Shown here: positions 17,919 to 29,744 of the stretch, piece after piece
How positions within the stretch are numbered: position 1 is the first letter of the stretch
How the letters are laid out: each line of letters opens with the position of its first letter
Origin: Cyanophora paradoxa CCMP329
Lineage: Eukaryota; Plantae; Glaucophyta
DNA: 64,000 nucleotides
Assembly (NCBI GenBank): GCA_004431415.1
Contig: QPMI01000563.1
Coordinates: 163,627-227,626 of the forward strand
Reading direction: 5' to 3'
The notes under the pieces: model-generated
Databases searched by the model: none
What the model was told of the DNA's origin: nothing
The model's input: the letters and a program-made list of their open reading frames with translations, nothing else
Position numbers and translations under genes: made by a program

Positions 17919-19130
17919 CGTCACTGCCGTCACTAGGTCCCGGGTCCGAGTCGATCTCGAGTCGAGACTCGAGAGTCGAGAATCGCACTGTCAGTGTGAC
18001 AAGATCATGAGCGCTAGCTCGAGCTCGAGCCTGTCACAAAACTTGAAATCCAGGACGTGGACAGGATTGATCGGATAAACCGTACCGTATATATATATAT
18101 ACGTATACGTAACGGTACGTTGAACGTGCGGCTCATAATCAGCGCTAGCGGCCGCGGCTGCCATGCCCATGGCCAGCAGCTGCAGTCTGCATGCGCATGC
18201 GCACTGCGCAGGCCTAGGCCTAGGCTAGCGCTGCAGCCTGCAGCTGCGCACCTATAGCTAGGCTCCGAGCCCGCGCGGAGGCACAAATTATAAATCACCG
18301 CGCCATAAATTACCGCGTCATAAAACCCGGCCCGCGCCATCATGGCATGCGCATGCGCATCTAGCTACTAGGCTAGAAGCCTTGAAGAAAATACCGCGGT
18401 ACCAAATTACCGCGTTATAGAACTTTGATGCTTGTATCGGGAACTTTGAATTTGAGGGGTACTGTATGTGGCGACTTCGCAGGAGAGAATTGCCGGGCGC
18501 CGCGGTACGTACGCCGGTAAACCAAATTATTTTTAATTGCCGCGTTAATGCAAGATTTCGGCGGAACCGGTAATTAAGTGGGCGCGGCCCGGTAATTAAG
18601 TGGGCGCAGCCCTATCATTAGTATACCGACCGGTATAGTACGTACGTACCGTGCAACAGGAAAATACTGGACGCTGATAATTAGTGGACCGAAATCTTGC
18701 TTACTAATTTAATTTCGGGCTCCACTAGTAGGACCACTACTAGAATTTCGAATTCCCGGCCCTAGCTAAGGCTAGCTTATGGGAAGCGGCCTCATGCTGT
18801 ACCCCCCTTTTTTTTGCAAAAGTGGACGTCGCATTGATACACCACGGCACATGTATCAATGTTCTACGTGACGTGCCCTTCCGACCGGTCATCTATCTAG
18901 CCGATGGTGCTAGCTAGGTGCCGGCCATGGGTCGCTCAGTATGGGAGGTTCGCCTGAGTGGGGGAGCCATGGTTTTCGGTGATAGCCGTAACCAGACCCA
19001 CGCGCCCACCCCTTGATCAACTCCTCCATCCCTCATGAGCCCTGGAAGTGAGATGTCTCGCAGTCCGCCGCCCTCCCTTGCCGCCGCTCCGCCACGCCTC
19101 CTCCTCCCCACTCCGCCTCCTCCCTCCTCC

Positions 19131-20132
19131 TCACCTGCGCCCCAGGACCCCGATTAATCGGTGTCCCGTTTTGTCGAGGTGAAGAAGGTGGTAGGAGGAA
19201 GATATGAGGAAGGAGAGGGAGTGGGCGGAGGCAGCAGCTTGGGGCGGGCAGCGGATGCGGGGCAAGGCAGGGAGAGGTGCCGGGACGGCAGAGTGTAGAG
19301 AGCGTGGGCACTGACAGGCGACGCAGAGAGCTGGGAGTGCGGAGACGAGGCGGGCCGCGAGGGGTCGGGAGGGGTCGACCGGGTTAGAGGGGGGGGCCGA
19401 GGCCAGGGGGGTGGCCGAAGCCATGGGGTTGGTCGAAGCCAGGGGAGTGGCCGAAGCCGATGGGGTGGCCGAAGCCAAAGAGGGGGCCGAGGCCATTGGG
19501 GGGGCCGAAGCCATAGGGGTGGCCGGAGCCAGCGGGGGGTCTGACACTGGAGGGCCGGTTGGGGCCGGGGGGGAGACCGTAGGGGGCCGAGGGGCAGCGT
19601 CGTGCGAGGTCCCGAGCGGGGGGGTCAGCTGGAGCGAGGGGGGGGAGGGGGAGTTGGCTGCTTGCAGCGTCGTAAGTGGTTTGTACACTCCGGGTGCAAA
19701 GAGGGATGTGATTGTGGGTTGCCCCGTGGGTATCGGCACCGTTCGCGCTTTTTTGGTCATGCGCCTGGGAGTCTTGCGGCCGGTTGCCTTTCTTTTCGCC
19801 GTAGGTACGGGCGGGGCGGGTGTAGAGGCGGGAGGGGGAGGGGTCGAGGGGCGCGGGCATTTGGGTGCCGGGGCAGAGGGGGTATCGGCTGTCCGTTTAC
19901 GTGAGGCAGGCGACGGGCGTGTTCGTTTCGGGGGAGGGGCCAGGGGGGGCCCCGGAGCGGGGCGTTTGGAAGGTTGGGTAGTGTTCGTAGGACCCGCGGG
20001 CGAAGCGGGCAGGATGCCAGTGTCGGAGTTCTCGTGTGACTGTCGTGCTGGGGGTACCGCAGGTGGGGAGGCAGGGCAGGAGGTGATCTCAGGGCGGGCG
20101 GGGCATTTTCCCCGTCTGGCGTCGGAGTGGGC
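19131..20132 (-). pseudogene. Pro/Ala-rich ORF remnant with 18-bp repeats, truncated by element B
   Basis: ASATPL/ASAPPM repeats at about 19395-19530. Composition resembles the Pro-rich tail of the LINE remnant at 60596-62665. No catalytic motif seen. Confidence 0.35.
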
Positions 20133-21486
20133 ACACATATTGAAAAACGAATTTAAATCCCTCGTTCATCTCGATCGCTTCGCGATCTCGATTCACTCTG
20201 GATTTAAATTCGTTTTTCAATATGTGTTAATTTAATACTAAAATACATATTTTTCGATTAATTTCTTAAACTTTTTATGCAAACTTTGTATAAAATAATG
20301 CAAACTTTGTATTAAAAATGAAAACGCGTTTACCAAAATGCATATTTTCGATTAAACTTCGATAGATTCAATTGATCTTATATCGATTGATTATGTACTT
20401 TGTTGTTTACATACAAATCTGCGATAGATTAACATTAAACTGCTTAAAGATCGATATAATTGCGATTAAATTGCATAAATTCGCATAAACTCGATATAAC
20501 TCTCATGTATTGAAGTAGACCACCGCCCATTCTGTATCGAAAAACGCAAAAAGTGTCACAGAGTTGCATTGTGTCCAATTGAACAATCGATGAGATTGCT
20601 GATGTACATTTTTGCACCGAAAAAGTGTCACAGAGTTGCATTATCTCCCATTAAACAATCGATTAGATTGCGGGATTTTCTATTGGAATATATCGGAACT
20701 GCATTATGTCCAATTAAACAATCGATGAGATTGCGGATTTATATTTTAGATCGAAAAAGTGTCACAGAGTTGCATGGTCTCCAATTGAACAATCGATTAG
20801 ATTGCATATGTTCTATAAAACAGAATAATTGAATTCAAGTGTGACAGGTAGTATTCAAATGATATTCAGTAATAGATATATTTGTTTTTGAGAAAGTCAG
20901 TAAGAGGGGTAGAATGTCTGTGACAGGTGTGACAGGTGTGACAGGTGTTTTCAGAAGTCTGTCATTTTTGAAAAATTTAGAAAGTTTGAAAATAGGTGTC
21001 ACACCTGTCACACCTGTCACACTCAATTAAACTACCTGTCACACCTGGTCTCCTTACCATTTTCAGTAAGACAGAAAGGTATTCATGAAATCGACTATTG
21101 TTGGGTGGATTTTGAAGGTGTCACACCTGTCACATAGACTGTTTTCAGTAAGACAACAATAAATTCTTGAATATCTCAGTAAGAAATAGAGTCTTTTGTT
21201 AATTGGGTGTGACGGGTGTGACAGGTGTGACAGGTGTTTTCAGAAGTCTGTAATTTGTGAGAATTTTAAAAAGTTTGAAAATAGGTGTCACACCTGTCAC
21301 AGGCGTCACAGTCAATTAAATAGGTGTCACACCCGATTATCTGACCATTTTCAGTAAGACCATCTGAAATTCTGAATTTCTCAGTGTCAACTAACTCGGA
21401 AATCGCAATACTCTATGTTTCTCCGATTTCTCCAACCCTGAAAACACACCTGTTATTCTCTCATCTATCTCATGAGATACTCTCGT
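20133..21486 (+). repeat. Left terminal inverted repeat of element B
   Basis: Reverse complement of 55330-56683; one mismatch noticed near 20499. Contains the terminal hairpin, ~60-bp ATCGAT-rich repeats (20547-20810) and TGTGAC arrays. Confidence 0.95.
20919..21335. repeat. Two iteron modules: (GTGACAGGT)x3 / AT-rich spacer / (ACCTGTCAC)x3
   Basis: Directly visible at about 20919-21045 and 21205-21335, and mirrored in the right TIR. Confidence 0.88.
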
Positions 21487-21792
21487 GGTTTTTCTCTCTG
21501 CTTCTAATCCACAACTGAATATATCAATCGCCAGCATACCTTCATTTGAGTAACAATGAGCAGTGCAGTGGCTCTCATCCAGCAGAAGAACCATTGCAAA
21601 ACCAGGAGGAGAAATACCACCATCGAAAATCTCGCAATGCTTGTGAACTACTCGAATACCTTGCTCTTGAATAATAGTTTGTAAGAACTGCATTAACCAC
21701 CTGGTCGTTGTCTCCAAGTCTTCCACTCCTACTGCTAATTGGGTTCTGAATTTGTAATCCAGCATCACATGGAAGCCTCGATGAGTATTCAT
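21391..21792 (-). CDS. speD: AdoMet decarboxylase-family proenzyme
   Basis: PPGFAMVLLLDESHCTAHCYSNEGMLAIDIFSCG. Confidence 0.9.
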   Translation of the reverse strand: MNTHRGFHVMLDYKFRTQLAVGVEDLETTTRWLMQFLQTIIQEQGIRVVHKHCEIFDGGISPPGFAMVLLLDESHCTAHCYSNEGMLAIDIFSCGLEAERKTTRVSHEIDERITGVFSGLEKSEKHRVLRFPS

Positions 21793-21832
21793 TTATGAAT
21801 AATTTAGAAAAATTAAAAACGCGATTGGTAGA

Positions 21833-21982
21833 ATGCGAACCATCTTAGCAAGAGTGCTACCTTATGAGTTGGTGGATATCATTCTGCTGCACTACCACAA
21901 GACCTGTCCAAACTGCTTTGACACATGCATAATCACAAAGGGAAAATGGGGAAAGATCCTCATTTCTCTCTCAAAGATCTAA
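21833..21982 (+). CDS. 49-aa micro-ORF with F-box-like motif and CxxC
   Basis: Manual translation MRTILARVLPYELVDIILLHYHKTCPNCFDTC... fills the intergenic gap. Below the ORF-track cut-off. Confidence 0.5.
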   Translation: MRTILARVLPYELVDIILLHYHKTCPNCFDTCIITKGKWGKILISLSKI

Positions 21983-22251
21983 TCAAAGTACAGTACCACT
22001 GGTTTATCATCTATCACAATTCCTGATGTAGTCTTTTTTCTGTAAGCATGAGAGGATTTCTTGTTGCACTCTCTGCATCCACTTCCCCTTACATGATTAA
22101 ATGGGTAGGTTTGGAGGATCTTGTTGCATTTAAGGCATCTAACAGAGACCTTCTCTTGTGCTTTCTTATACACTGTCTCACTATAATCGAATTTAGCATC
22201 ACCATGAACCATCATTGCAGATTCTATGAATTTCTTTGTTTTATCATCCAT
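21979..22251 (-). CDS. DUF723-like zinc-ribbon protein
   Basis: Orthologue of 15967-16239. Confidence 0.8.
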   Translation of the reverse strand: MDDKTKKFIESAMMVHGDAKFDYSETVYKKAQEKVSVRCLKCNKILQTYPFNHVRGSGCRECNKKSSHAYRKKTTSGIVIDDKPVVLYFD

Positions 22252-22257
22252 TCCTCT

Positions 22258-23101
22258 CTATATATACCTGAGATTTCTATGGAGCAGTATCCTGCCCAAA
22301 ATGGGGAAGTATCGATTTGTGCCGTAATATTCTGCATATGTATTCTGTCTTGCAATAGCATCGGTTCTCTCAGCATAGAGAATGCATTTGTAGATACCAA
22401 ATCTGGTGGCTCTCACCAAAAACTGGTAATCTTCAAGACCGAAATTCACTCCATGATAAGCAATCCGAAATTGTCATATGGAGTGATTACAACTGCAATA
22501 TTTGGGGTTCCACCCTCTACTTGACAGACAGCATAAACATCTGGTGGAATATCCACGACCACCTTGTAGTGGTCACCAATCTCAACAAGAGAATCAACTA
22601 CTGATGTCTGCTCATTCACAACAATTGGGAAGATCTTGATAATATATGGTGCATTCATACTGGGGACATAGGTGCGAATTCTGGTGTTGGGATCAATGGG
22701 ATTGGGTTGATCATTTACGAAAAGAGGCGCACCAACAGCTCCACCAATCCGAAGACCATCACCAATATATGCTCCCCCGTTTTGCAGTTAATAGCTCCCG
22801 ACCGAGATTCAAAAGAATAAGTAGAAAGAGGATCACCATAACTGTCTGGGTCTCCATAATGGGCAGAAAAGTTCGCATTTGTCACAAGGAGTTTCGTTGT
22901 CTTAACTATACCATTATTTTTATCACATCTGAGTTCCTGCAATCTCAGTTTATGGGTGGAACCAAAGGTATTCATTGTAGGTTGTACTTCTGTGGATTGG
23001 AGACCTTCTACATCATCAAAAGTAGCATGCTGCAAAACGTGATTTGCAGGTGCTGCTAATGAGAGTTGGGGTGTAATAATTCGCTCTACTGGGGCAGCCA
23101 T
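22258..23101 (-). CDS. Fibre-family paralogue 4 (frameshifted)
   Basis: Three ORF fragments match 15112-15963. Confidence 0.75.
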
Positions 23102-23102
23102 T

Positions 23103-23968
23103 TTACATTAAAGTAATATATAATTTATGGGGTTGGGTATCAATCACATCTGGTTCCTGGTAAAACCCTGTTTGAGAAAGAGTATCAGGAGTAACACCTC
23201 TTAGAGCTGAGACAGCAGCTATATCTGTTCTGATACCCATAACTGTAATTGTATATTTTCCAATATCTGTAACAAACAGATCATAGGTGAAATTGTTATT
23301 ATAAACACAGAACCCTGTGCCGAAATGATCATATCCTTGAACACTGAAATTGTATCTGTGACCTGGCTGGTTATTGTTGGCTCTACATAAAGAAAGCATT
23401 GCAGAAGGAATGACCAGCCCTCTCATTACTCTTTTGGTTCCTTCAATCAATTCAGAGTTTTCAAGTGTGACAGTATAACCTTGGTAAAATTGAATAATTG
23501 GCTGTTGTGCAACTGGTATATATAATCGAATTCGTTGTGGGTCTTCAACATTCTGTTCAAGAGTATCTGGGACATCATTGTATGCAATTGATGAGGAGAG
23601 TTGACCTGAAACTCTGCAACCACCACCAATAAATGCTCCACCTGATCTCACAGTTACAGCAGCAGAATTCTTGTCAAAATCGAGGGCTTTCAGGTCTACA
23701 CTGTAAGCATCAGGACCTCCATTAGTGGGTTGGAAGAAGTTCGCATTTGAGACAAGGAGTCGAGTTGTTTTAACCACACCCGAATTCTTGTCTGCTCTCA
23801 GTTCTTTAACTCGAATAATCGAATTCTTATCAAAAGAGTTACCATTGGAATTGGGTCTCTCTGTGGATTCTAAACCACGAACCTCATCATTAACTTCATG
23901 CTGGCGAAAGTGCATAGCAGGGATCCAAGGGAATATATTGGAAGTTGAACTCGATTATATTCACCCAT
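23103..23968 (-). CDS. Fibre-family paralogue 3 (frameshifted near both ends)
   Basis: Protein near-identical to 14243-15088. Confidence 0.75.
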
Positions 23969-24006
23969 TGCTTCTTTTACTAAGAAGGAAAGAAAAATAA
24001 TGTACA

Positions 24007-24269
24007 CTACTCTTCTGTGACATTGTTATACTCGATCCTTTCTTTACAGTTCCCCTTTGGAATGCCTGTAATACAATCGCTTCCTTTGAGGTTGGTATCT
24101 GAACTCCTGATGAGATGCAAGATTGGATCTCTTTCTGAACAATCTCATCAATTGCGATTCTTGCCCTGTTGTGGGCAGCATTATCAATCCAGTCCTGAAC
24201 AGAAGCAGCGCAATATTCCATTCCCAACTTTTCGGTATCAGTCAGAACTACTTGGTATATATTCGACAT
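24007..24269 (-). CDS. Small phage-like fibre-associated protein
   Basis: Near-identical to 13941-14204, with a 1-bp deletion near the end. Confidence 0.6.
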
Positions 24270-24288
24270 TCTAAACTACTTGTAGAAA

Positions 24289-25310
24289 TTAAATTATGCT
24301 CAGCAATTCGCCACTAAACGTTGTGAATTCTGAAATGGAAGTATCAACAGCATAAATAGAGACATTATCCCCGGCTCCAAGTCTGAGTATTGCGCTCAAA
24401 ATGATTGTTTTGTTGGTTACTGTTTGTGAGTTGTTTACCCTGAAATTGAATTCTGTTGAAACATTCTGATCATTTACTTTCAGATCTACACTCACAGATG
24501 AGGTAACAATACTATAAGAATTAAGAGAGAATCTATAATCTCCACTTATAGGCGCTGTGAATTTCCCTTCTACTACATCAAATGAGTTGGTATTATCAAA
24601 GAATTCATGCAACCAATTAGTAAGACGCCCATATACTCCACTTCTTGTTGCTACACCAAACCCAACACAAAATCGAGGTTGGGTTTCTTGCTTCAAATAA
24701 AAGTTTGCTGCGATTGTAAGACCCCCTGCATCAATTCGTGCGACTTCTGTGCTATTGCGTTTCAGAATGAGATCTACATTTGCTCCTGTATCTATTTCAG
24801 GTGTTTGAATCTTTGTGGTTGTGGTCATCACAGGGACTGTATAAGTAGGAACAAAAAGACCACCATTTGCATTCACAACACCTGTAAATGTCGTTGGCCT
24901 GAAATTGAGACGTTTGCAGCTGAGAGTGTTCCATTCACAAAAGCTCCCGAACCTATCCATGCTCCACCTGATTTAACTACAAGTGCTGCATTATTTTCTG
25001 TCCCATCAAAAGTAACAATCTGTGGTGTGGTCACCCCACCTGCATCATCATAAATAGCTGCATCAGCAACTACACCACCTGTTAACACCTGATTCTTGTT
25101 ACTTACGATTAATTGTGTGGTTCTTATTTTTCCAGCATTTCTATCACATCGAATCTCCTTGCATCTGATAATCGAATTTTGAGTAAACGAATCTGCTCCT
25201 GTGGTTTCTGTGCAAATAAACCCGGGAATAGCATCTGTAACTGTGTGGTTCAGTTGATGCAATTTAGGTGCTGCATAACAGAAAACAGGAACTGCAATTT
25301 GGGTAGCCAT
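24289..25310 (-). CDS. C1q-like fibre paralogue 2 (one frameshift)
   Basis: Near-identical to 12899-13921. Confidence 0.8.
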
Positions 25311-26378
25311 CTATAAATTCCCAACAAAAAGTTTATAATCTACTGATGAGATGCCCCCCAAAACAGGTAATACCTTGTATTGTAGCATCATATTGCATGG
25401 ACGATGTCCAGGTTTGTATAACATTCACAAATTCGTTCGCATATACAGCAAAAGAAGCCTCCATATGAACACTTCGCCTTCCATTGTAAGTTGAAAATTC
25501 TTGAACCGATTGAGGGGAAAGAGCCAAATCATTCTTTCTAAATGCAACTCTACACTCCCCTGTTGATGAAGCTGTTGACATTTGAACAATGAAGAAGAAT
25601 CTATAAATTCCGGACACAGGTGCTGTAAAGGTGCCTGTGGATAATGTGATATTATTGCTTGCATCCACAAGAGTTCTGTTAAAAGCGAATCTTCTTGCTG
25701 TTGATGTGGTTCCCACAGTAACTGCTGATGTTGAATAATTTACAATACAAAACCGAGGGTGAGGAGCTTTCAGATATTTAATTAGATTTATTGAAGGGGA
25801 AACATTGTTTATGGTTGCTGTAACCACTGCATTTCTCTTGATATTGAGTGCATTCGATGATTCAATTTCAGGTGTGTTTAACATTGTGGAAAAGACACCA
25901 ACACCAACTGAAAAACTACTCGCATTATATCCACCCTCAAAATTTATTGGACTCTCAAACATTCCACTTCCAGCATTTAGTATGGATGCTGTTACTGTTC
26001 CATTCACCTTTAATGCCTCTCCAAAGTATGCTCCTCCACTCTTGACTACAAGAGCGGAAGTATTACTTGTGTTACCAAAAGAAACTATCTGTGCTGTGGT
26101 AAATCCACCTACATTATCATATATTGCTGAATCTGGGACTACTTGACCTGCTTGAACCTGATTTTTATTCGAGATAATAATTCCTGTGGTTCTTATCTTG
26201 CCTCCATTCCTATCACATCGAATTTCTTGACTCTGAGTATATTATTCTCTGTGAAAGAGGTATTACTTGAAGTTTCAGTACAAATATACCCAGGGGTTGA
26301 ATCAACTACTCCATGAGAGGTGCTGTGCAGTGATTTGGCTGCAAGTTCATAGTTTGGGATTTCTAATAGAGAGGTCAT
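25311..26378 (-). CDS. C1q-like fibre paralogue 1 (frameshifted)
   Basis: Near-identical to 11831-12898. Confidence 0.8.
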
Positions 26379-26397
26379 CTTTATATTAATCAAATAG

Positions 26398-29300
26398 TTA
26401 AATTGCGACAGCAATGTAATGGATTGTTACAGTTTTGGATGAATTATTCATTGCATATGGATCAGTGAAAAGTTCACAAGTGAAATAGTTACTGTAAACA
26501 TTCAACAGGTTCACAGTAAAAATGACGGGAGTTACTTGATAATTTGGTTCTTGTCCTTCATGCCTTACAGTTGCTGTAACAACAGGAGGAGAAGCAAAGG
26601 CATTGGTAAAATAGATAGTAAGATTGAACACATATAGATTATTGTAATTTAAAACAGGAGTAGTGTAAACATACTTACCTGCTTGAATTTTCCCATTAAA
26701 ATATGCATTGAGTTGACTGGAAAGATCTGCTTCTGTAATGCATCGACTGATGGTCGCATTATTTGAGGGGTTCATAGCATAGAAATTCCTTGCATATGCA
26801 TTTCCACGAACAAGTAAGGTTTTATCAAAGTAATTCTGCGAATTGTGGAAGAACCATGTTTCTTCAAACATAGGTCCTGCTGGTTCTACAATCTGACCTG
26901 ATCCTACATACATCGTGTTGTTGGCTCTAATAGTGGTTGCTGTGAATGGATCAAGAGTAGGTCGATCTGTAATATCTCCCCAAAGGTGTGTGTGAGCAAA
27001 ATCTGTAATTTGAGACTTAGTATGAGTATGAGCAAAGTCTGTAATCTCACCTTTGGTGTGAGTGTGTGCAAAATCTGTTATCTCACTCTTTACATGGTGT
27101 GAGCAAAGTCTGTAATCTCTCCTTGTGTGAGTGTGTGCAAAATCTGTTATCTGTGACTTTGTGTGAGTGTGTGCGAAATCTGTGATTTCAGATTTAAAAT
27201 GAGTGTGAGCGAAATTCGTGATATCTGCTCTGGTGTGGAAGTGAGCAAAATCTGTTATCTGGGATTTGGTGTGAGTGTGTGCAAAATCTATAATTTCTGC
27301 TTTGTGTGGGTGTGTGATCTATTATTCAGATCAAGGAAACTACCTGAGTATGCAACAGGGTGTAAATTGGAGGTGGGTTTTTGAGGAGATCATTATATCT
27401 CCTGTGAAAGAGATCGTTTTCAGTTCACCCCTTCCACATAATCAGAAGGTAGGTCAATCTTAATGGGCATAATAGCTGGATCATCTGGGATCTCATACTC
27501 ACCTCCTGGATGTACAACTGGAAGGTTTGATTACTTTCAGTGTGGACAAAGAAGTTACATGCTGTCACTGTTCCATCAATATTCCACCTGTGAGAGGAGG
27601 TAATCACCTGTCACACCAATATTAATACCTGCAATAATTGTATTCAGTTCTGTTTCATCTATGTAGTTTTGGGCTTGAAGGTAATCCTCTGTTACCACTC
27701 TGATATGGTCTCATTGTGAATATTCTTTGCTGCTGCCCTTGATTGATTTCTAAAACTCCTCACCAACTCCACCATTATAATTCGTTTTTATCCATGAGAT
27801 TTCGCATCTCTTGTAGTCATCTCGATTTCCAATGAGAGCATTGGGTAACAATCTCTCTCTGCTGAATATTAATTTGGGTCTTGAACTATCTAAGTCACTA
27901 ACATCAGTTACATTAATTTGGATTGCTGCATCTTTGTCATCATAGTTTGCTGGATCAGATGGTAGAGAGATCAATCCTCCTGTCATTGGGATGTCATCTG
28001 CATAGTAACTGGTTAAATAGATACCTGGTTTGGTGTCCATCAAACCGAAATTTCCGCCTGCTGCAATTATCTGCATCCTTGTAGGGGTCTGATGTATAAT
28101 TCACCCTGCATTTTGGTTCCTGCATCTATTCCTTTGAGATTCAGGTAATATTCATCTAATCTTAATCTCTCTGGTATGATATTACTTTGGTAGAGAGTAA
28201 CACCATGTAAGGTGTCGAAATCATCACCTGCTGATGCGAATTTTGGTTGTTCATCTATTTCGCTCCATTTATGTCTGTGATCTTCTGGTGGAAACTCTTC
28301 TGGTTTTCCATCAATATCACCCCAGTCATGCCTGTGATCCTCTGGTGGGAATTTGTCTGGTTTACCTAATATCTCATCCCAGTCATGGTTGTGATCCTCT
28401 GGTGGAAATCTGGCTGGTTTATTCTTGATCTGCTCCCAATCTGGGAAGAATTCCCAAATCTCTGGCGAAATCCATCTGGTAATAATTCTTCATGGGTTCA
28501 TATGGTTGCTCATAATCCACAACTGGTGGTTCGAGACCATCTGCTAAATATTCCTCATGGGGTTCATAATTCTGTCATATTCATACTCTTGTGGATCTAA
28601 ACCATCTGGTAATACTCTTCCTCATTGGGGTCATATTGATCATACTCATATTCCTGTGGGTCAAACCGTCTGGTAGGTATTCTCCTCATCTGGGACGAAG
28701 TAGTATCATCAAGCTCCAAATATCGATTTCGGAGGTAAATATTGCTCATCATTTGCTTTCTTGGTTCAATTATCGGTTTATTTCGAACTGCTCCCAACTC
28801 ACAATGTGCTGCCCAAAGGGAACTGTCTCATCTGCTGTATACTCTCTTCCTGGTTGCTTTTTGGTGTTAAATCTGGTGGATCCCATGGAAGAGGAAGGGA
28901 ACTGGGACAGGTCCATAGGTCCATAATATCAAAGATCTCTCTATGGTCTTCTCACTTACCAGTTTCTCACCATTTGCATACACATTGCTTCCATGGATAT
29001 TTCGCCATTGCCTGGTTCTGATACCAAGATCTTTGGTGTTGGTGACCAAGGTAAAAGGTGCCTATCCATTTCGACAAGGTCTGGGTGTAAATGAACTGTT
29101 ACTGGTTGAGTGGGGCTACTGTTGACAGTGATAGACGCCTTATTCTTTGCTGTATCACCAGGTAGTTGGAAACCGAATTGTGCATTAGAAGCCGAATTCG
29201 CCACAATATCCTTGGATAAACATTGTTAGTGAACTCGATTTTGTTGGTTTCTCCATGGGGGCTATCTGTAATATTTCGGGAATTTGTGCAATTGCATTTG

Positions 29301-29696
29301 ATCCTTCATTATAGATTCTAAACCACTCTGATGCCCACCCTTCTCATTTTGAACATTGAATATTAACCTACCACTATCGAATCGAGTTGGAATATCTGGA
29401 TGGGTTCCACTGGTTTTCAGTTTTCTTGGTCTGCTCCTGGTTGCTTTAATCTGGGCTACCTGATTCGATTTCACATTTCCCATGCTGAAAGCAACACTCA
29501 CATCCTCTTTTTCGGGATCCATTTCGTTTATTGAAAGTGCATGCATTCTTGGGTGAGTCTTTGAGGGTTCATCTGCACTGTGGTCATTGAGATTGACCCT
29601 CTGGCTGTCAAGTTATCGAAATTTACATGTTTGTTATCTGCCTTCCCTCTTCCTGATGAGGAATGGTTTGCAGGTTTGCTGGTAATTGAAACTCAT
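26398..29696 (-). pseudogene. Large repetitive fibre protein (many frameshifts)
   Basis: Fragments are colinear with 8512-11811. The C-terminus is identical; the middle is divergent. Confidence 0.8.
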
Positions 29697-29744
29697 CCCT
29701 GTTCACTTTACTTATAGAGATTTATTAAATTTGAGTAAGTAAAG

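Noticed and set aside
19411-20235. 274-aa Gly/Ala-rich plus-strand ORF
   Set aside because: Antisense shadow of the Pro-rich repeat region that runs across the element junction.
20444-21026. ORFs within the TIRs (mirrored at 55790-56372)
   Set aside because: Translations of iteron and tandem repeats with no coding signal.
20547-21335. CRISPR-like array in the TIR
   Set aside because: The repeats are tandem or inverted with related rather than unique spacers, and there are no cas genes.
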